Source: Acidimicrobiia bacterium (GTDB taxonomy: Bacteria; Actinomycetota; Acidimicrobiia; Acidimicrobiales; SHLQ01). Taken from it: a stretch of 64,000 nt of DNA. Position 1 is the stretch's first letter. Each line of letters opens with the position of its first letter. Location of the stretch: positions 4,152,757 through 4,216,756 of the forward strand of contig JAWPMS010000001.1 in NCBI GenBank assembly GCA_033344795.1, written 5' to 3'. Shown in pieces: positions 50,999 through 61,662 of the stretch. Below the pieces are notes generated by a model. That model saw only the letters and a program-made list of their open reading frames with translations. It was not told where the DNA came from and searched no databases. Both the position numbers and the translations under genes were made by a program.

Positions 50999-52432
50999 CT
51001 ATTGGTCGTTCGCGACCGGGTGCGCATCGAGGAGTTCGGCGAACCTCTCCACGAATCGTGGCCCCGAGGCTTCGTCGCCGCCCGCCTCATCATCATCGGA
51101 CAACGCCGCGACCGGCTCGGTCGCCGCGGGGACCGGAACGTACTCTTCCTCGATCGATACTGCGTCCGCGTCCGCCGAGAAGTCGGTACCGAACAGCGCC
51201 GAGGGCTCATCATCGAGCTCGATGAGTTCGCTCTCGTCGTCATCGGCCTCCACAACCACCTCGTCGATGACAGATTCGGCTCCCGCCGTGGCTGTGTCGT
51301 CAACAAATGATGAATCATCGAACGCTGCAGCATCGACGACCGGGATCGGTTCTGTCGCTGGCCCCAGATCGTCGACGATGATCTCGCCGTCGGCATCGGG
51401 CGCCTCGACTACGACCTCGGCGTCGACCACGTCGGTATTGACCACGTCGTCGGCTACAACGCCCTCGGCTGGGTCTGTGATGGCCTCGGTGGTGGGAGCT
51501 GCAGCCTCGACCGCCTCGACCGCCTCATCCACCTCAGGGGCTGCTGGGGCACTACGGACGGTGTCTTCGACCTCATCCGCGGTTGGAGCGTCGGGGGCTT
51601 GTGCCGCCACACGGTCCACGATCTCGATGTCGGGAGCGACGGCCACGTCGGCCGCACCCGCCCCGCTGATCGCCGGCGCCGGTTGCGTCGCCAGGAGCTC
51701 GTCATCATCGGCGACCCGTTCCAGGTCCTCGATCGAGCCAGACATCCCAACCCGAAGTGCCTCGACAGCGGTTCGAACTCGAACCCGCTGCTGCTCGAGA
51801 TGTGACTCGAGGCCAGCAATGTCAGCCATGACGTGGGCTCGTGCAACCTCGAGCTCACCGACTTCGGTGCGGATCGGTTCACGCATCGCTGCAGCCTCGA
51901 CCTGCGCGGCTTGTTCCAGCTCGGCGACCCGCTCCATTCCACGACGTTCGGCTTCTGCGAGAATCTTCTCACTCTCGACTCGTGTTTCGGCCCGAAGCCT
52001 CGCTGCTTCCTCAGCAACCGTTTCCCGAATGCCGGCGGCCTCATCACGTGCGTTGTCGAGTTCGCGCTTGCCTTCTTCGCGCATCGACCGGGACTCGTTC
52101 TCGGCCGCGTTGCGCATTTGCGCGGCATCGGCGACCGCAGCCTCGTGCATTTCAGCTGCGTCTTTCTTGGCTTCCGCTTCCGTCTCGTCAGCGAGCCTTT
52201 GTGCAAGTACCAGCGTGCGTCGAAGGGTTCCTTCGGTCTCGCTCGACGCGCCACCACCGTCTTGCACTGCACTTTCGAGCTCGCGGATACGGGCCGCAGC
52301 AGCGTCGTTCTCTTCCTGCACGTTCGTGATGTCGGCACGCATCTTCGCCAAAAACGCGTCGACAGCCTCGCAGTCGTAGCCGCGCAGGCTCAGTTCGAAG
52401 CGGACGTCTTTCAATTCACGAACCAGGTCCAT
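50999..52432 (-). CDS. divIVA: DivIVA-domain protein (Wag31-like) with a long acidic C-terminal region
   Basis: MDLVRELKDVRFELSLRGYDCEAVDAFLAKM is followed by coiled-coil-like E/A/R-rich sequence. The last ~220 aa are D/E/A/V-rich. Confidence 0.85.
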   Translation of the reverse strand: MDLVRELKDVRFELSLRGYDCEAVDAFLAKMRADITNVQEENDAAAARIRELESAVQDGGGASSETEGTLRRTLVLAQRLADETEAEAKKDAAEMHEAAVADAAQMRNAAENESRSMREEGKRELDNARDEAAGIRETVAEEAARLRAETRVESEKILAEAERRGMERVAELEQAAQVEAAAMREPIRTEVGELEVARAHVMADIAGLESHLEQQRVRVRTAVEALRVGMSGSIEDLERVADDDELLATQPAPAISGAGAADVAVAPDIEIVDRVAAQAPDAPTADEVEDTVRSAPAAPEVDEAVEAVEAAAPTTEAITDPAEGVVADDVVNTDVVDAEVVVEAPDADGEIIVDDLGPATEPIPVVDAAAFDDSSFVDDTATAGAESVIDEVVVEADDDESELIELDDEPSALFGTDFSADADAVSIEEEYVPVPAATEPVAALSDDDEAGGDEASGPRFVERFAELLDAHPVANDQ

Positions 52433-52534
52433 GGTGAAACCATACTTTCCGAGTGTTCCGCGGGTGTGGTTCCTCAGTGCTGAATCCACTCAGGGTCCGG
52501 GGCGCCGCAGCTCGAGTCGCCCTGGCGCCGACGC

Positions 52535-53104
52535 TCACGGGGTGTAGTTGTGACGTTCCTCGTCTGCGACTTCGACCTCGTCGGGGGTCAGCAGGTAGAC
52601 GTCTTTGGCGACCTTCTCCATCTGACCGCCGAGCCCATAACAAAGACCCGAGCTGAAATCGATCAGGCGACGCGCGAGGTCCCGTTCTGCGTTTTGCATG
52701 TTGACGATGACCGGCGTCGAGTCACGAAAGTGGTCGGCGACCTCCTGCGCGTCGTTGAACGACTTTGGCACGATCGTCTTGGGTTTGGTCGTTCGTGGCA
52801 TCGCAACCGCGCGAACCGTTCCCATTGCACCACTCGCAGTGTCCATCGGTACCGCGCGAACCGCACCCTCCGAGCGATCTGGAGCATGCCGGTTGTGGGC
52901 GAGCGGATCGCGCTGGGGCTCTTGTCGCGGTGGCGTGATGCGTTCAGGCCGCGGCTCGGGTCCGACTGGTCGATTGCCCGGTGCTGGCGTCTTCTCGGTC
53001 ATGGGACCTTCCGCAACTGGAGTATGTGATGGTGGAGCTGTCTCGTCTGGATATTCCTCGTTCAGCCCGAGCCAGACGACAGCCTTCTTGTAAAAGCCCG
53101 ACAT
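52535..53104 (-). CDS. sepF: Cell division protein SepF
   Basis: MSGFYKKAVVWLGL ... SFNDAQEVADHFRDSTPVIVNMQ......ARRLIDF.SG..Y.L.G....V...V.LLTP. AGGAGG sits 6 nt upstream of ATG 53104. Confidence 0.85.
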   Translation of the reverse strand: MSGFYKKAVVWLGLNEEYPDETAPPSHTPVAEGPMTEKTPAPGNRPVGPEPRPERITPPRQEPQRDPLAHNRHAPDRSEGAVRAVPMDTASGAMGTVRAVAMPRTTKPKTIVPKSFNDAQEVADHFRDSTPVIVNMQNAERDLARRLIDFSSGLCYGLGGQMEKVAKDVYLLTPDEVEVADEERHNYTP

Positions 53105-53165
53105 CAGGACCTCCTGTCTTTCAACACTACCTGCTTCGAACGCTTCGACCCAGCCACGTACACAC

Positions 53166-53831
53166 TCATCGAGCCGGCCGATCACCAAAGAGAACCGAGC
53201 CGACTCGAAGCATGGTCGAGCCTGCCTCGAGCGCATCTGGGAAGTCGCCGCTCATCCCCATCGAACGCTCCGCCAGACCGAACTGGTCTGCAAGCCGATC
53301 GAGTTCGACGAAACACTGACGGGTCGCGACCGCATCACCCAACAGTCCGATCGTCATCAGCCCCCGAACCGTCACGTTGTTCGCCGCAGCGACCTCGAGC
53401 ATCGACTCGAGCTCGGCTGGTCGCACGCCGTCCTTGGTTGGATCCTCCACGGGTCGCACCTGAATCAGCGCTTCGACTGCACTCGACCGCTTGCCGAGTT
53501 CGACCAGGATTTCCGGTCTGGCGACGCTGTGCCACAGATCGATGTGGTCGACGATCTTGCGCACCTTGTTCCGCTGAATTCGACCCATGAAATGCACGCT
53601 CGTATCGGCGGCGACCGCATCGGCTTTCTCGATGACTTCCTGCGCATAGTTCTCGCCAACATCTCGGAGACCAACCCGCTGCGCACAGTCGACCGCCGAG
53701 CGATCAAACCCTTTGGTGACCGCGACGATTTTCACCCCGGAACGTCCGTGAGACTCGATCGTCTCTCGGATCGATGCAAGGCGCTCGGCGACAATTTCAT
53801 CGGCTACCCGCATCACTCTGTCGGCCGTCAT
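53166..53831 (-). CDS. YggS/YlmE-family PLP-binding protein
   Basis: VKIVAVTKGF....V..A...G....GENY.QE...K........H(F)(M)G.IQ.NK....V......HSV......L...LMTIG....F..L......LSMGMS.D...A...G.T.(L)R.G...FG. Confidence 0.85.
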   Translation of the reverse strand: MTADRVMRVADEIVAERLASIRETIESHGRSGVKIVAVTKGFDRSAVDCAQRVGLRDVGENYAQEVIEKADAVAADTSVHFMGRIQRNKVRKIVDHIDLWHSVARPEILVELGKRSSAVEALIQVRPVEDPTKDGVRPAELESMLEVAAANNVTVRGLMTIGLLGDAVATRQCFVELDRLADQFGLAERSMGMSGDFPDALEAGSTMLRVGSVLFGDRPAR

Positions 53832-54514
53832 CGCTCCGCCTCCGGAAGGATCCTCGCAGCAAGGGCATGACGTTCGACATCGCCTCTTGCCCGATGGGAG
53901 AACCCCGCATTTTCACAGGCCGTGCACCCGCCGACGAACCGGACATCGATCACGTCGTGCTTCGCGAACGCGCTGGTGATGGCCGAGCGAAGATCGAGCG
54001 CTGGTGCACCCGCAGAGGTTGACCCACGAACCTCCTCACCGAGCAACGAGGCAACGTGGTCCAAATCGTCCCGGCCGAACTCGTAGCACTCGGGACCGAT
54101 GGTCGGTCCAACGACAGCACATTGTGCGCGTGCCCCTTGTTCTTCGAGCCGTCCGATCGTCTCGTCGATCACCCCTGCCGCCAACCCGCGCCACCCTGCG
54201 TGGGCGACTGCGACGGGCCCACCGTCGGTGATGAAGGCAATCGGGGCACAGTCGGCACCCTGCACGGCGATCGGCTGGCCGACCTCGGTGGTGATCAGTG
54301 CGTCTGCCTGCGGCGTCGCTAGAGGATCGCCATCGACGACTGCAGCACCGTGCACCTGTTGCGCAACCGCCCATGCACCAGGCATGACCACCGAACGCCG
54401 AGCGACGAGGCCGTCCAGCTCTGCGTGCAGGTGAAAGTCACCATCTCGTCGATCCGTCGTACAGACCTCGATGACGGTGCCATCTTCTCGGATGTAGTGG
54501 TGGCCTTGGCTCAC
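53828..54514 (-). CDS. pgeF: YlmD/PgeF (DUF152, laccase-domain) protein
   Basis: QVHGAAVV...ADALIT....P.AV..ADC.PI.F......AVAHAGWRG...G.......GP.IGP.CYE(F)...C(T)......FS.R. GTG 54514 lies 14 nt after the ftsZ stop. Upstream ATGs at 54571 and 54577 are alternatives. Confidence 0.8.
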   Translation of the reverse strand: MSQGHHYIREDGTVIEVCTTDRRDGDFHLHAELDGLVARRSVVMPGAWAVAQQVHGAAVVDGDPLATPQADALITTEVGQPIAVQGADCAPIAFITDGGPVAVAHAGWRGLAAGVIDETIGRLEEQGARAQCAVVGPTIGPECYEFGRDDLDHVASLLGEEVRGSTSAGAPALDLRSAITSAFAKHDVIDVRFVGGCTACENAGFSHRARGDVERHALAARILPEAER

Positions 54515-54527
54515 CGTTGCGGCGGCT

Positions 54528-55742
54528 TCAGCGCAAGAACGACGGAACGTCGAACTCGTCGTCGGGGCCATCGTCATCGTCGGACGCGTTGGGCTCTGCA
54601 TCTGCGAACACATCCGCTATCTCGAGATCATCTTCAGCGACTTCTGTACCCACGCTGAAGGTCGAGGGAGACGAAGTACCAGCGACCGCAGGGGCCTCGC
54701 TGTCCTCATCATCAGCAGCGGAGCCGCCAATCGTGGCCCGATCGGCCATGGTCGTTCCCGAAGTCGCCGCACCGACAGCACCAGCGGAGCTATCCCAGCG
54801 TTCGAAGCCGGCCGCGATGACCGTCACTCGAACGTCGTCACCCATCTCATCATCGATGACGGCGCCGAAGATGATGTTCGCGTCGGGGTGGGCAACGCCG
54901 TGGATGACCTCGGCGGCCTCGTTGACCTCGAACAAACCAAGATCCGATCCACCGGAGATGTTGAGCAAGATGCCGCGTGCGCCTTCGATCGATGCCTCCA
55001 ACAGCGGCGAACTGATCGCGGCGCGGGCCGCAGCGAGGGCCCGACCCTCTCCCGATGCGTAGCCGATCCCCATCAACGCTGAACCAGCATCCGACATGAT
55101 CATTTTGACATCGGCGAAGTCGGTGTTGATCAGGCCGGGTGTCGTGATGAGGTCGGTGATGCCTTGTACACCCTGCAAGAGCACTTCGTCAGCCATCTTG
55201 AACGCATTCAGTACCGACGTGTTCTCGTTCGAGACCGTGAGAAGGCGATCGTTGGGGATCACGATCTGTGTGTCGACGTTTTCTTTGAGGCGCTGGATTC
55301 CCTGCTCGGCCTGCACTGCGCGGCGACGTCCTTCGAATCCGAATGGCCGCGTGACGACGCCGATCGTCAGGGCACCGACGGTCCGGGCGATCTCGGCGAT
55401 GACCGGTGCGGCGCCCGTTCCGGTGCCACCGCCCTTGCCAGCGGTGATGAACACCATGTCGGCGCCGTTGATGGCCGATTCGATTTCATCTCGATGGTCT
55501 TCGGCCGCTTGTCGGCCGATCTCGGGATCGCTGCCGGCTCCGAGTCCACGCGTGAGCTCACGACCGATGTCGAGTTTGACGTCGGCATCGCTCATGAGAA
55601 GCGCTTGCGCATCGGTGTTCACTGCGATGAATTCGACGCCTTTGAGTCCAGCATCGATCATCCGGTTCACGGCGTTGACGCCGCCGCCGCCGACTCCGAC
55701 CACCTTGATAACTGCAAGGTAGTTCTGGGGTGTTCCGTTCAT
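54528..55742 (-). CDS. ftsZ: Cell division GTPase FtsZ
   Basis: [23 protein letters not shown], the [11 protein letters not shown] tubulin signature, NTDAQAL, and an acidic C-terminal tail ending [17 protein letters not shown] sits upstream of ATG 55742. Confidence 0.97.
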   Translation of the reverse strand: MNGTPQNYLAVIKVVGVGGGGVNAVNRMIDAGLKGVEFIAVNTDAQALLMSDADVKLDIGRELTRGLGAGSDPEIGRQAAEDHRDEIESAINGADMVFITAGKGGGTGTGAAPVIAEIARTVGALTIGVVTRPFGFEGRRRAVQAEQGIQRLKENVDTQIVIPNDRLLTVSNENTSVLNAFKMADEVLLQGVQGITDLITTPGLINTDFADVKMIMSDAGSALMGIGYASGEGRALAAARAAISSPLLEASIEGARGILLNISGGSDLGLFEVNEAAEVIHGVAHPDANIIFGAVIDDEMGDDVRVTVIAAGFERWDSSAGAVGAATSGTTMADRATIGGSAADDEDSEAPAVAGTSSPSTFSVGTEVAEDDLEIADVFADAEPNASDDDDGPDDEFDVPSFLR

Positions 55743-55981
55743 GGGGCTACTTCCTCCGGTCCCGATCATCGCGTAAGACTCCTGTGCGTGTGGCGCATAG
55801 TCGCATTCGACCACCCGTCCACCCTGGTAGGTGGAGCGGGTGACCGTTTGCGTTCACATGCGCCTCACGGCCCCTACTCGCTGTGTGTGGTGCAGAAAAC
55901 ACCCCACGTGAGAAAGGAAACCGCAGATCGCGCGAAGATGCAAAACGAGCGCCCGACATTCTACCTCGACGAGGAGCCATG

Positions 55982-56935
55982 TCAGCCGAGCGCCGCGCTC
56001 TGGAGCAGGCAATTCGGATCTCGGTGCAACACGGGGGTGTCCGCGATCGTGAGGTCGATGACCTCGAGGCACACGAGGCTCGCTCCCCCGTTCAAGATCG
56101 ATGCGAGCGACACGAATTGGGTCCGATGGTCATCGAGCCTGCCGAAGTTCGCTCGGGCCGACCCGACCAGCTCAGCGGTCACTTCACCGTCTTCGGACGC
56201 ACGCCAGGTGGTGACCCAAGGGTCGAGTTGCAAGGGAAGGTCTCGAGAGATCTCGAGCACTCGATCGACTCCGGCGAGTGGCTCGCCGATGGTCGATGCC
56301 TCGACGATCTCGTTGGTCGCAACGATGAGAGGAACGCCGCTCGGCGGAGACATGCGATATTCGACCACGACACCGTCGCCAGCGAGAACGACCCACTCGG
56401 AACCCGATGGCCGGGCGATCGCCGCGGACACGGTTCGTTCTCGAACGACGACGCGCAACGTCGACGGCCATTGTCTCGTCAGTGAAACCGCCTCGACCCA
56501 GGCGAGGTCGGCAACCGCTGCACTGCCCTCCTGGGCATCATAGGTCAGCAACGCCTGGTCGTCGGCAATATCGAGCGCTTCGAGAATCGCACCTTCGCTC
56601 GTTCGGGCAGCGCCGCTGATCTGCACAGTTTGCACTTCGAACATCGGACCCTCGAGGAGCGCGACGACAAATCCTGCCACCGCGACGAACAACGCGACGA
56701 GGAACCATCGCAGCTTCGTCGCGCCCGACATCGGCTCGCGAGCTGGTGCTTCGACGCGGCGGCTTCTTTGTGGTGCTGGCTCGCCTCGAGTCGTGCGTTC
56801 GTTGGGTCCGAGCCGTCGACGCGTCGTTCGGTGATTGCTCGGGCTCTTCGATCCGTGGTGTCTCGGGCCCGGGCGAGGGCCAGGACGCGGCCCGGGGCGC
56901 GGGCGCGTTGCAGAGTCTGGGGTGCGCTCGGCCAT
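55982..56935 (-). CDS. ftsQ: Cell division protein FtsQ (POTRA domain)
   Basis: Basic/Pro-rich N-terminus (PRPGPRPGPRPGPR), one TM (WFLVALFVAVAGFVVALL), then the POTRA-like V.(I)SGA......I..A.........L.......V..L.WV..V...R.WP.TL...V.ER. The start is 56935 or 56974. Confidence 0.75.
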   Translation of the reverse strand: MAERTPDSATRPRPGPRPGPRPGPRHHGSKSPSNHRTTRRRLGPNERTTRGEPAPQRSRRVEAPAREPMSGATKLRWFLVALFVAVAGFVVALLEGPMFEVQTVQISGAARTSEGAILEALDIADDQALLTYDAQEGSAAVADLAWVEAVSLTRQWPSTLRVVVRERTVSAAIARPSGSEWVVLAGDGVVVEYRMSPPSGVPLIVATNEIVEASTIGEPLAGVDRVLEISRDLPLQLDPWVTTWRASEDGEVTAELVGSARANFGRLDDHRTQFVSLASILNGGASLVCLEVIDLTIADTPVLHRDPNCLLQSAALG

Positions 56936-56939
56936 CTCT

Positions 56940-57908
56940 CTAGTCTCTCTCGCCTGAGTCCCGCGGCTGGACATGGTCGACCAGATCTTGCGAGAAGCCG
57001 ACCAGCTGAGTCTCGGCGTGCAAGCGCACCCCCGAATCCTCGTGCACTCGATCGACGATCTCGACCATCAGCTGCATCACGTCGTTCGCGTCACCGTCTG
57101 CATCGACCTGAATGAAATTCGCATGCTTCTCGGATACTTCTGCCGAGCCGACGCGGAAACCCTTGAGCCCAGCCGCATCGATCAGGCGGCCCGCCGAATC
57201 ATTCGGTGGGTTTGTGAAGACCGACCCCGCGTTCGCCCCGCCCGGTTGATTCTCGCGCCGCCACCCAACGATTTCGCGGAGAGCTTCTTCGCCGTCGGCA
57301 TCGTCGTCGGCATCTTCCAGTTCAAGCGTGGCCTGCACGACGATGTGCCATGGCGAAAGACTCGACGATCGATAGCCGAGCCCGAGGGATTCAACCCCTC
57401 GAGTGACGATTCCCCCGAGCAAAATGTCCGCGACCTCGACCGAGACGAGATTGGCGGCCATGTCCGAACCGTGACCGCCCGCGTTCATGCGCACCGCGCC
57501 GCCGATCGACCCTGGCACACCGACAGCCCATTCAAAGCCGGTCAGACCTGCTTTGACCGACGCTCGAGCCACAACGGGCAATGTGGCGGCAGCTCCCGCA
57601 TCCACGGTCGTTCCGTCGATCTCGACACCAGAAAAGCCATCACCGAGAACGATGGCGACCCCGTCAAAACCAGCCGATGACACCAAGAGGTTCGACCCCT
57701 TACCCACGGGAAGTGACGCAAGACCGGACTCGCCTATGACAGCCACGAGCTCTCCGAGCGCCTCGATCGTCTCCACTCTCGTCACCAGCGCGAACGGGCC
57801 ACCTACGCGGTAGGTGCAAAAGACACCCGAGGGCACGTCTCGCGCCAACGTCACGCCGTCGATGTTTCCGACGGCGTCGATCACCCCTGCGAAGTCCTCG
57901 CTGTTCAC
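56940..57908 (-). CDS. murB: UDP-N-acetylenolpyruvoylglucosamine reductase MurB
   Basis: T.(Y)R.GGP........E.L..........P....G.GSNLLV...G..G........PG..GGA..MNAG..G.......GS.F.NP....AG.LI...GLKG...G.A.VS..HANF. Confidence 0.9.
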   Translation of the reverse strand: MNSEDFAGVIDAVGNIDGVTLARDVPSGVFCTYRVGGPFALVTRVETIEALGELVAVIGESGLASLPVGKGSNLLVSSAGFDGVAIVLGDGFSGVEIDGTTVDAGAAATLPVVARASVKAGLTGFEWAVGVPGSIGGAVRMNAGGHGSDMAANLVSVEVADILLGGIVTRGVESLGLGYRSSSLSPWHIVVQATLELEDADDDADGEEALREIVGWRRENQPGGANAGSVFTNPPNDSAGRLIDAAGLKGFRVGSAEVSEKHANFIQVDADGDANDVMQLMVEIVDRVHEDSGVRLHAETQLVGFSQDLVDHVQPRDSGERD

Positions 57909-59293
57909 TGCCGTTCCTGCGTAGGTTCCAATAGGGCCTGTACCTCATCGGGAAGGGAAACCAGGTCGCCTGCTCCGAGCGTCAAACACAGATCTCCCGG
58001 TCGCAGCTCGGTCATCACGCGTGTTGGCAGGCTGGCGCGATCGGCGTGGTAGACGATGGTTGGGTGGCCCGCGCGACGCTGGATCGCCTCGACGATGAGC
58101 TCCCCGTTGATGCCTTCTCGAGGCTTCTCACCAGCGGAATAGATGTCGGTAACGATCAGTACGTCAGCAGCATCGAAGACGCCTTCGAACTCTTCCCACA
58201 GTGCCTCTGTCCGGCTATAACGATGGGGCTGAAATACGGCGACGACACGCTCGTGACGCGTATCGACCGCCGCGTCGAGTGCTGCCATGACCTCGGTCGG
58301 CAGATGCGCATAGTCATCGATGAACGTGACTCCGGCAGCGGTTCCTCGCGGATCGAAACGGCGACCGACGCCACCAAAGTTCGCCATTGCAGCCTGTGCA
58401 GCTCGAAACGGCAAACCCATCTCCATGGCTGCCGCCGTCGCTCCTGTCGCGTTTCGTGCGTTGTGAATGCCCGGCATGGGCACACGAAGCCGCCCGAGTA
58501 GAACCGACGAACGGTACAAGTCGAACGTGGTCGCTTCGGAGCTGCGCTCGATGTCCATCATGCGATACGTCGCGTCTTCGCTCGCACCATATGTGACGAT
58601 GTTCGAGGACACCGGCAAACGCTGGGCGCCCTCGTCGTCGGCACACACCACGGCGACCTTCGATGCTGCGACGAAGTCGGCGAACGCCGCTCGCATGGTC
58701 TCTTCGTCGCCGTAGTACTCGAGATGGTCGGGCTCGACGTTGGTCACCAGACCGATCGTGTGACCCAACTCGAGGAACGTTCCATCGCTCTCGTCGGCCT
58801 CGACGACGAACCAGTCCCCTTCGCCCCACGCTGCGCCCGTGCCGAGGTCCGTCACCTCTCCGCCGATGATGAAGGATGGGTCGACGCCGGCCTGACGGGC
58901 GATGACTGCGAGCATCGACGAGGTCGTGGTCTTGCCATGCGTGCCGGCCACGGCTGCGGTCTTGCGCATCGAGGTGATCGAACCCAAGAGTTCGGCGCGC
59001 CGAAGCACCACCTCGCCTCGCTCGTGTACCTCGACCACCTCGACATTCGAATCGGGGATCGCCGTCGATCGTGCAACGACATCGGGCGATCCGACGTTCG
59101 AAGCGTCGTGACCGATGACGGCTTCGATGCCGAGGTCGATCAGCCGATCGAACGCGCCGGAGGCTTGCAGATCGCTGCCGCTGACTCGATGGCCCATACC
59201 GTGGAGAACCTCGGCGATCGCTGCCATGCCGGCGCCACCGATGCCAATGACATGTACGTGTTTCGTCGTCGAAAGGTCGACCGCGGGATTCAT
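57905..59293 (-). CDS. murC: UDP-N-acetylmuramate--L-alanine ligase MurC
   Basis: HVHVIGIGGAGM.AIAEVL...G..VSGSD, AVAGTHGKTTT.SM, EADESDG.F, DDYAHLPTE. Confidence 0.95.
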   Translation of the reverse strand: MNPAVDLSTTKHVHVIGIGGAGMAAIAEVLHGMGHRVSGSDLQASGAFDRLIDLGIEAVIGHDASNVGSPDVVARSTAIPDSNVEVVEVHERGEVVLRRAELLGSITSMRKTAAVAGTHGKTTTSSMLAVIARQAGVDPSFIIGGEVTDLGTGAAWGEGDWFVVEADESDGTFLELGHTIGLVTNVEPDHLEYYGDEETMRAAFADFVAASKVAVVCADDEGAQRLPVSSNIVTYGASEDATYRMMDIERSSEATTFDLYRSSVLLGRLRVPMPGIHNARNATGATAAAMEMGLPFRAAQAAMANFGGVGRRFDPRGTAAGVTFIDDYAHLPTEVMAALDAAVDTRHERVVAVFQPHRYSRTEALWEEFEGVFDAADVLIVTDIYSAGEKPREGINGELIVEAIQRRAGHPTIVYHADRASLPTRVMTELRPGDLCLTLGAGDLVSLPDEVQALLEPTQERQ

Positions 59294-60433
59294 CTACTGA
59301 CCTCCGAGAGAGCGCGCGCTGTGTTGCTCGACCAGATCGCCAACTGCTTGGGCGGCATCTGGCCGGGCGATGCTCGACGCACCGGCGCGCATCGAGTCGA
59401 GAATCTCTGGCTTGGCCACCAGCCGGGTCATGGTCTCCACCATGAGCTCGGCGTCGAAGATCGAGTCCGCGAGAAGCTCAGCACCTCCAGCACCTTCAAG
59501 CGCTCGAGCATTGGCCGTTTGATGGTCTCCTGGCGCTCCGGGAAGTGGCACGAGAACTGCCGGCGTGCCCGTCACCGCCAACTCCGCACAGCTCGTTGCG
59601 CCAGCGCGACACACAACCAGATCGGCGGCCGCGTAGACACTCGCCATGTCGTCTTCGTATTCGATCGGCGTGTACTGAAGCGCCGCTTCTTTGGGCAGCG
59701 TGACTCGCGAGCACACGTCTGCGAAGTCGCGGGTGCCGATGATGTGACGAATCTCGAGATCGCGCCGGCCGGCAAGCAAGGAGAGCGCGCCGACCGTCGC
59801 ATCGTTGATCGTCCGAGCACCGAGGGAACCACCGAACACCACGACGAGTTTCCTGTCGGTCGCAACACCGAGCGCCTCCCGGGCGGCGAGACGGCTCGAC
59901 TCTCGGGCCGACCCGACGGCCAAGATCTCGGGGCGAACCGGATTGCCCGTCCAGACCGCGCGTGGCAAGTCCGTCCCGTCGTACGACACTGCGGATGCCT
60001 TTGCGAACCGGCCGATGATTCGGTTGGCCAGCCCCGGGACGGCATTTTGTTCGGCGACCACAATCGGCACACGAAGCAATACCGCCCACAAACCTGCTGG
60101 CACGCTTGCGTACCCGCCGAGCGCAACCACGACGGCCGGTCGGTGTGTGCGCAGCAGCGAAAACGACGTCGCGAACGCCCGGACAAGTCCAGCGACCGCT
60201 CCGATGTTCTCGGCGGTGAACCGTCGTTGTATCCCGCGACCAGGAAGCAGCGTCAGCTCGAAACCGGCGTCAGGCACGATCGTTCGCTCGACGCCTCGCT
60301 CGGAACCGACGAAATGAATCGACTCGCGAGTATGGCCTCGCCGAACGAGTTCCTGGCCAATGGCAATTCCGGGTAGGACATGTCCCGCGGTTCCCCCGCC
60401 GACGATGAGCGCGTAGGTCTCCGTGGAGCTCAA
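59294..60433 (-). CDS. murG: Undecaprenyldiphospho-muramoylpentapeptide beta-N-acetylglucosaminyltransferase MurG
   Basis: ALIVGGGTAGHVLPGIAI..EL, GGY.S.P, V.FGGSLGA, RAGA.(S)..EL...G.P..LVP.P.A...HQ..NA. The proposed TTG start at 60433 overlaps the ftsW stop (TTGA). Confidence 0.9.
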   Translation of the reverse strand: MSSTETYALIVGGGTAGHVLPGIAIGQELVRRGHTRESIHFVGSERGVERTIVPDAGFELTLLPGRGIQRRFTAENIGAVAGLVRAFATSFSLLRTHRPAVVVALGGYASVPAGLWAVLLRVPIVVAEQNAVPGLANRIIGRFAKASAVSYDGTDLPRAVWTGNPVRPEILAVGSARESSRLAAREALGVATDRKLVVVFGGSLGARTINDATVGALSLLAGRRDLEIRHIIGTRDFADVCSRVTLPKEAALQYTPIEYEDDMASVYAAADLVVCRAGATSCAELAVTGTPAVLVPLPGAPGDHQTANARALEGAGGAELLADSIFDAELMVETMTRLVAKPEILDSMRAGASSIARPDAAQAVGDLVEQHSARSLGGQ

Positions 60434-61662
60434 CGGGTGCCTCGTGCGACGTTCAACATCACACCAACGCCAGCGAGTGTCGTCACGAGAGATGTGCCTC
60501 CAGCGGACATGAACGGCAATGGCACGCCGGTGATCGGGAGCACTCCAAGGACCGCTCCGATGTTGATGAACGCCTGCACGAGAATCCACGAAGCGATGCC
60601 GATCACCAACAACGCACCAAACCGGTCGGCTCGGCGCGCCACCACCAAAGCGACGAGGCCGAACATCACATAACCGAGGACGACGACGGTGGCGCCGACA
60701 AGCCCGAACTCTTCGGCCGTCACGGCGAACACGAAGTCGTTGTGTGCTTCAGGCAGATACCCAAACTTTCCACGGCTCTCGCCAATCCCGACGCCACGAA
60801 CTCCACCGTTCGCCACGGAGACGAGCGACTGGATTGTTTGCCATCCCTCGTCGAGCGGATCCGACCAGGGGTCGAGAAAGGCGAACAAACGGTCCCGGCG
60901 ATAGGGCGCAAGGTACGCGAGCGCACCCGCTCCGGCGGCGCTCAGCGTGCCGAGCACCGCGATGACCCACAGACGAATCCCGCTCGCGAAGAGGGTGGAG
61001 ATCCCGATGACGAAGATGATGATCGTCGTGCCGAGGTTCGGCTGCATCAAGATGAGGCCGCCATACGCCATGAGAACGATGAGAATCGGGCGCAACGAAC
61101 GTTCGACATCGACCGTCTTCGACCGTGCGAGGTTGTCGGCAGCGAAGAGCACGAGGGCGAGCTTGGCGATCTCCGACGGCTGAAACTGCGCGGGGCCGAG
61201 CCGAATCCATCGTTGTGCCCCGTTGACCGAGACTCCGAACCACGGCAGCAACACCATGACGAGGAGGACGAACGAGACGATGAGCGCAGGGACCGTCAGG
61301 CGCCGCAGCAAACGGTGATCGATGAGCGTGGTCGTCAGGCAGGCCAGGCCGCCCAGCGCGAGCCACATCGCCTGGGCCCGGAACTCACCCCAGGGAGACC
61401 CGGTCTCGGTCAACGACGTCACCGATGACGCCGAGAGAACCATCGTGAGTCCCAGTAGCGAGAAACACACCACGATGCCCAACAAGATGATGAACGGCGC
61501 GGTCCGAACCGGTCGTTTCTTTGCCGATGATGTCGAGGTACGGCGGGCGGTGACCGGCCGCGATGGTGTTGTTGCTCGGCTGGCCGTGCGGCGCTTCGGC
61601 CCCGGGCGGGTTGGTGTCCGTGTTGCTGCGGATCGGCGCGTCGCGCTCTTTGTCCGAGTCAT
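60430..61662 (-). CDS. ftsW: FtsW (SEDS-family peptidoglycan glycosyltransferase)
   Basis: Basic N-terminus plus ~10 TM segments. Motifs: GAQRWI..GP..FQPSE.AKL, QPNLGT, LPEAHNDF.FA...EE.GL.G, PLPF.S.GG(T)S. ATGA overlap with murD. Confidence 0.9.
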   Translation of the reverse strand: MTRTKSATRRSAATRTPTRPGPKRRTASRATTPSRPVTARRTSTSSAKKRPVRTAPFIILLGIVVCFSLLGLTMVLSASSVTSLTETGSPWGEFRAQAMWLALGGLACLTTTLIDHRLLRRLTVPALIVSFVLLVMVLLPWFGVSVNGAQRWIRLGPAQFQPSEIAKLALVLFAADNLARSKTVDVERSLRPILIVLMAYGGLILMQPNLGTTIIIFVIGISTLFASGIRLWVIAVLGTLSAAGAGALAYLAPYRRDRLFAFLDPWSDPLDEGWQTIQSLVSVANGGVRGVGIGESRGKFGYLPEAHNDFVFAVTAEEFGLVGATVVVLGYVMFGLVALVVARRADRFGALLVIGIASWILVQAFINIGAVLGVLPITGVPLPFMSAGGTSLVTTLAGVGVMLNVARGTR

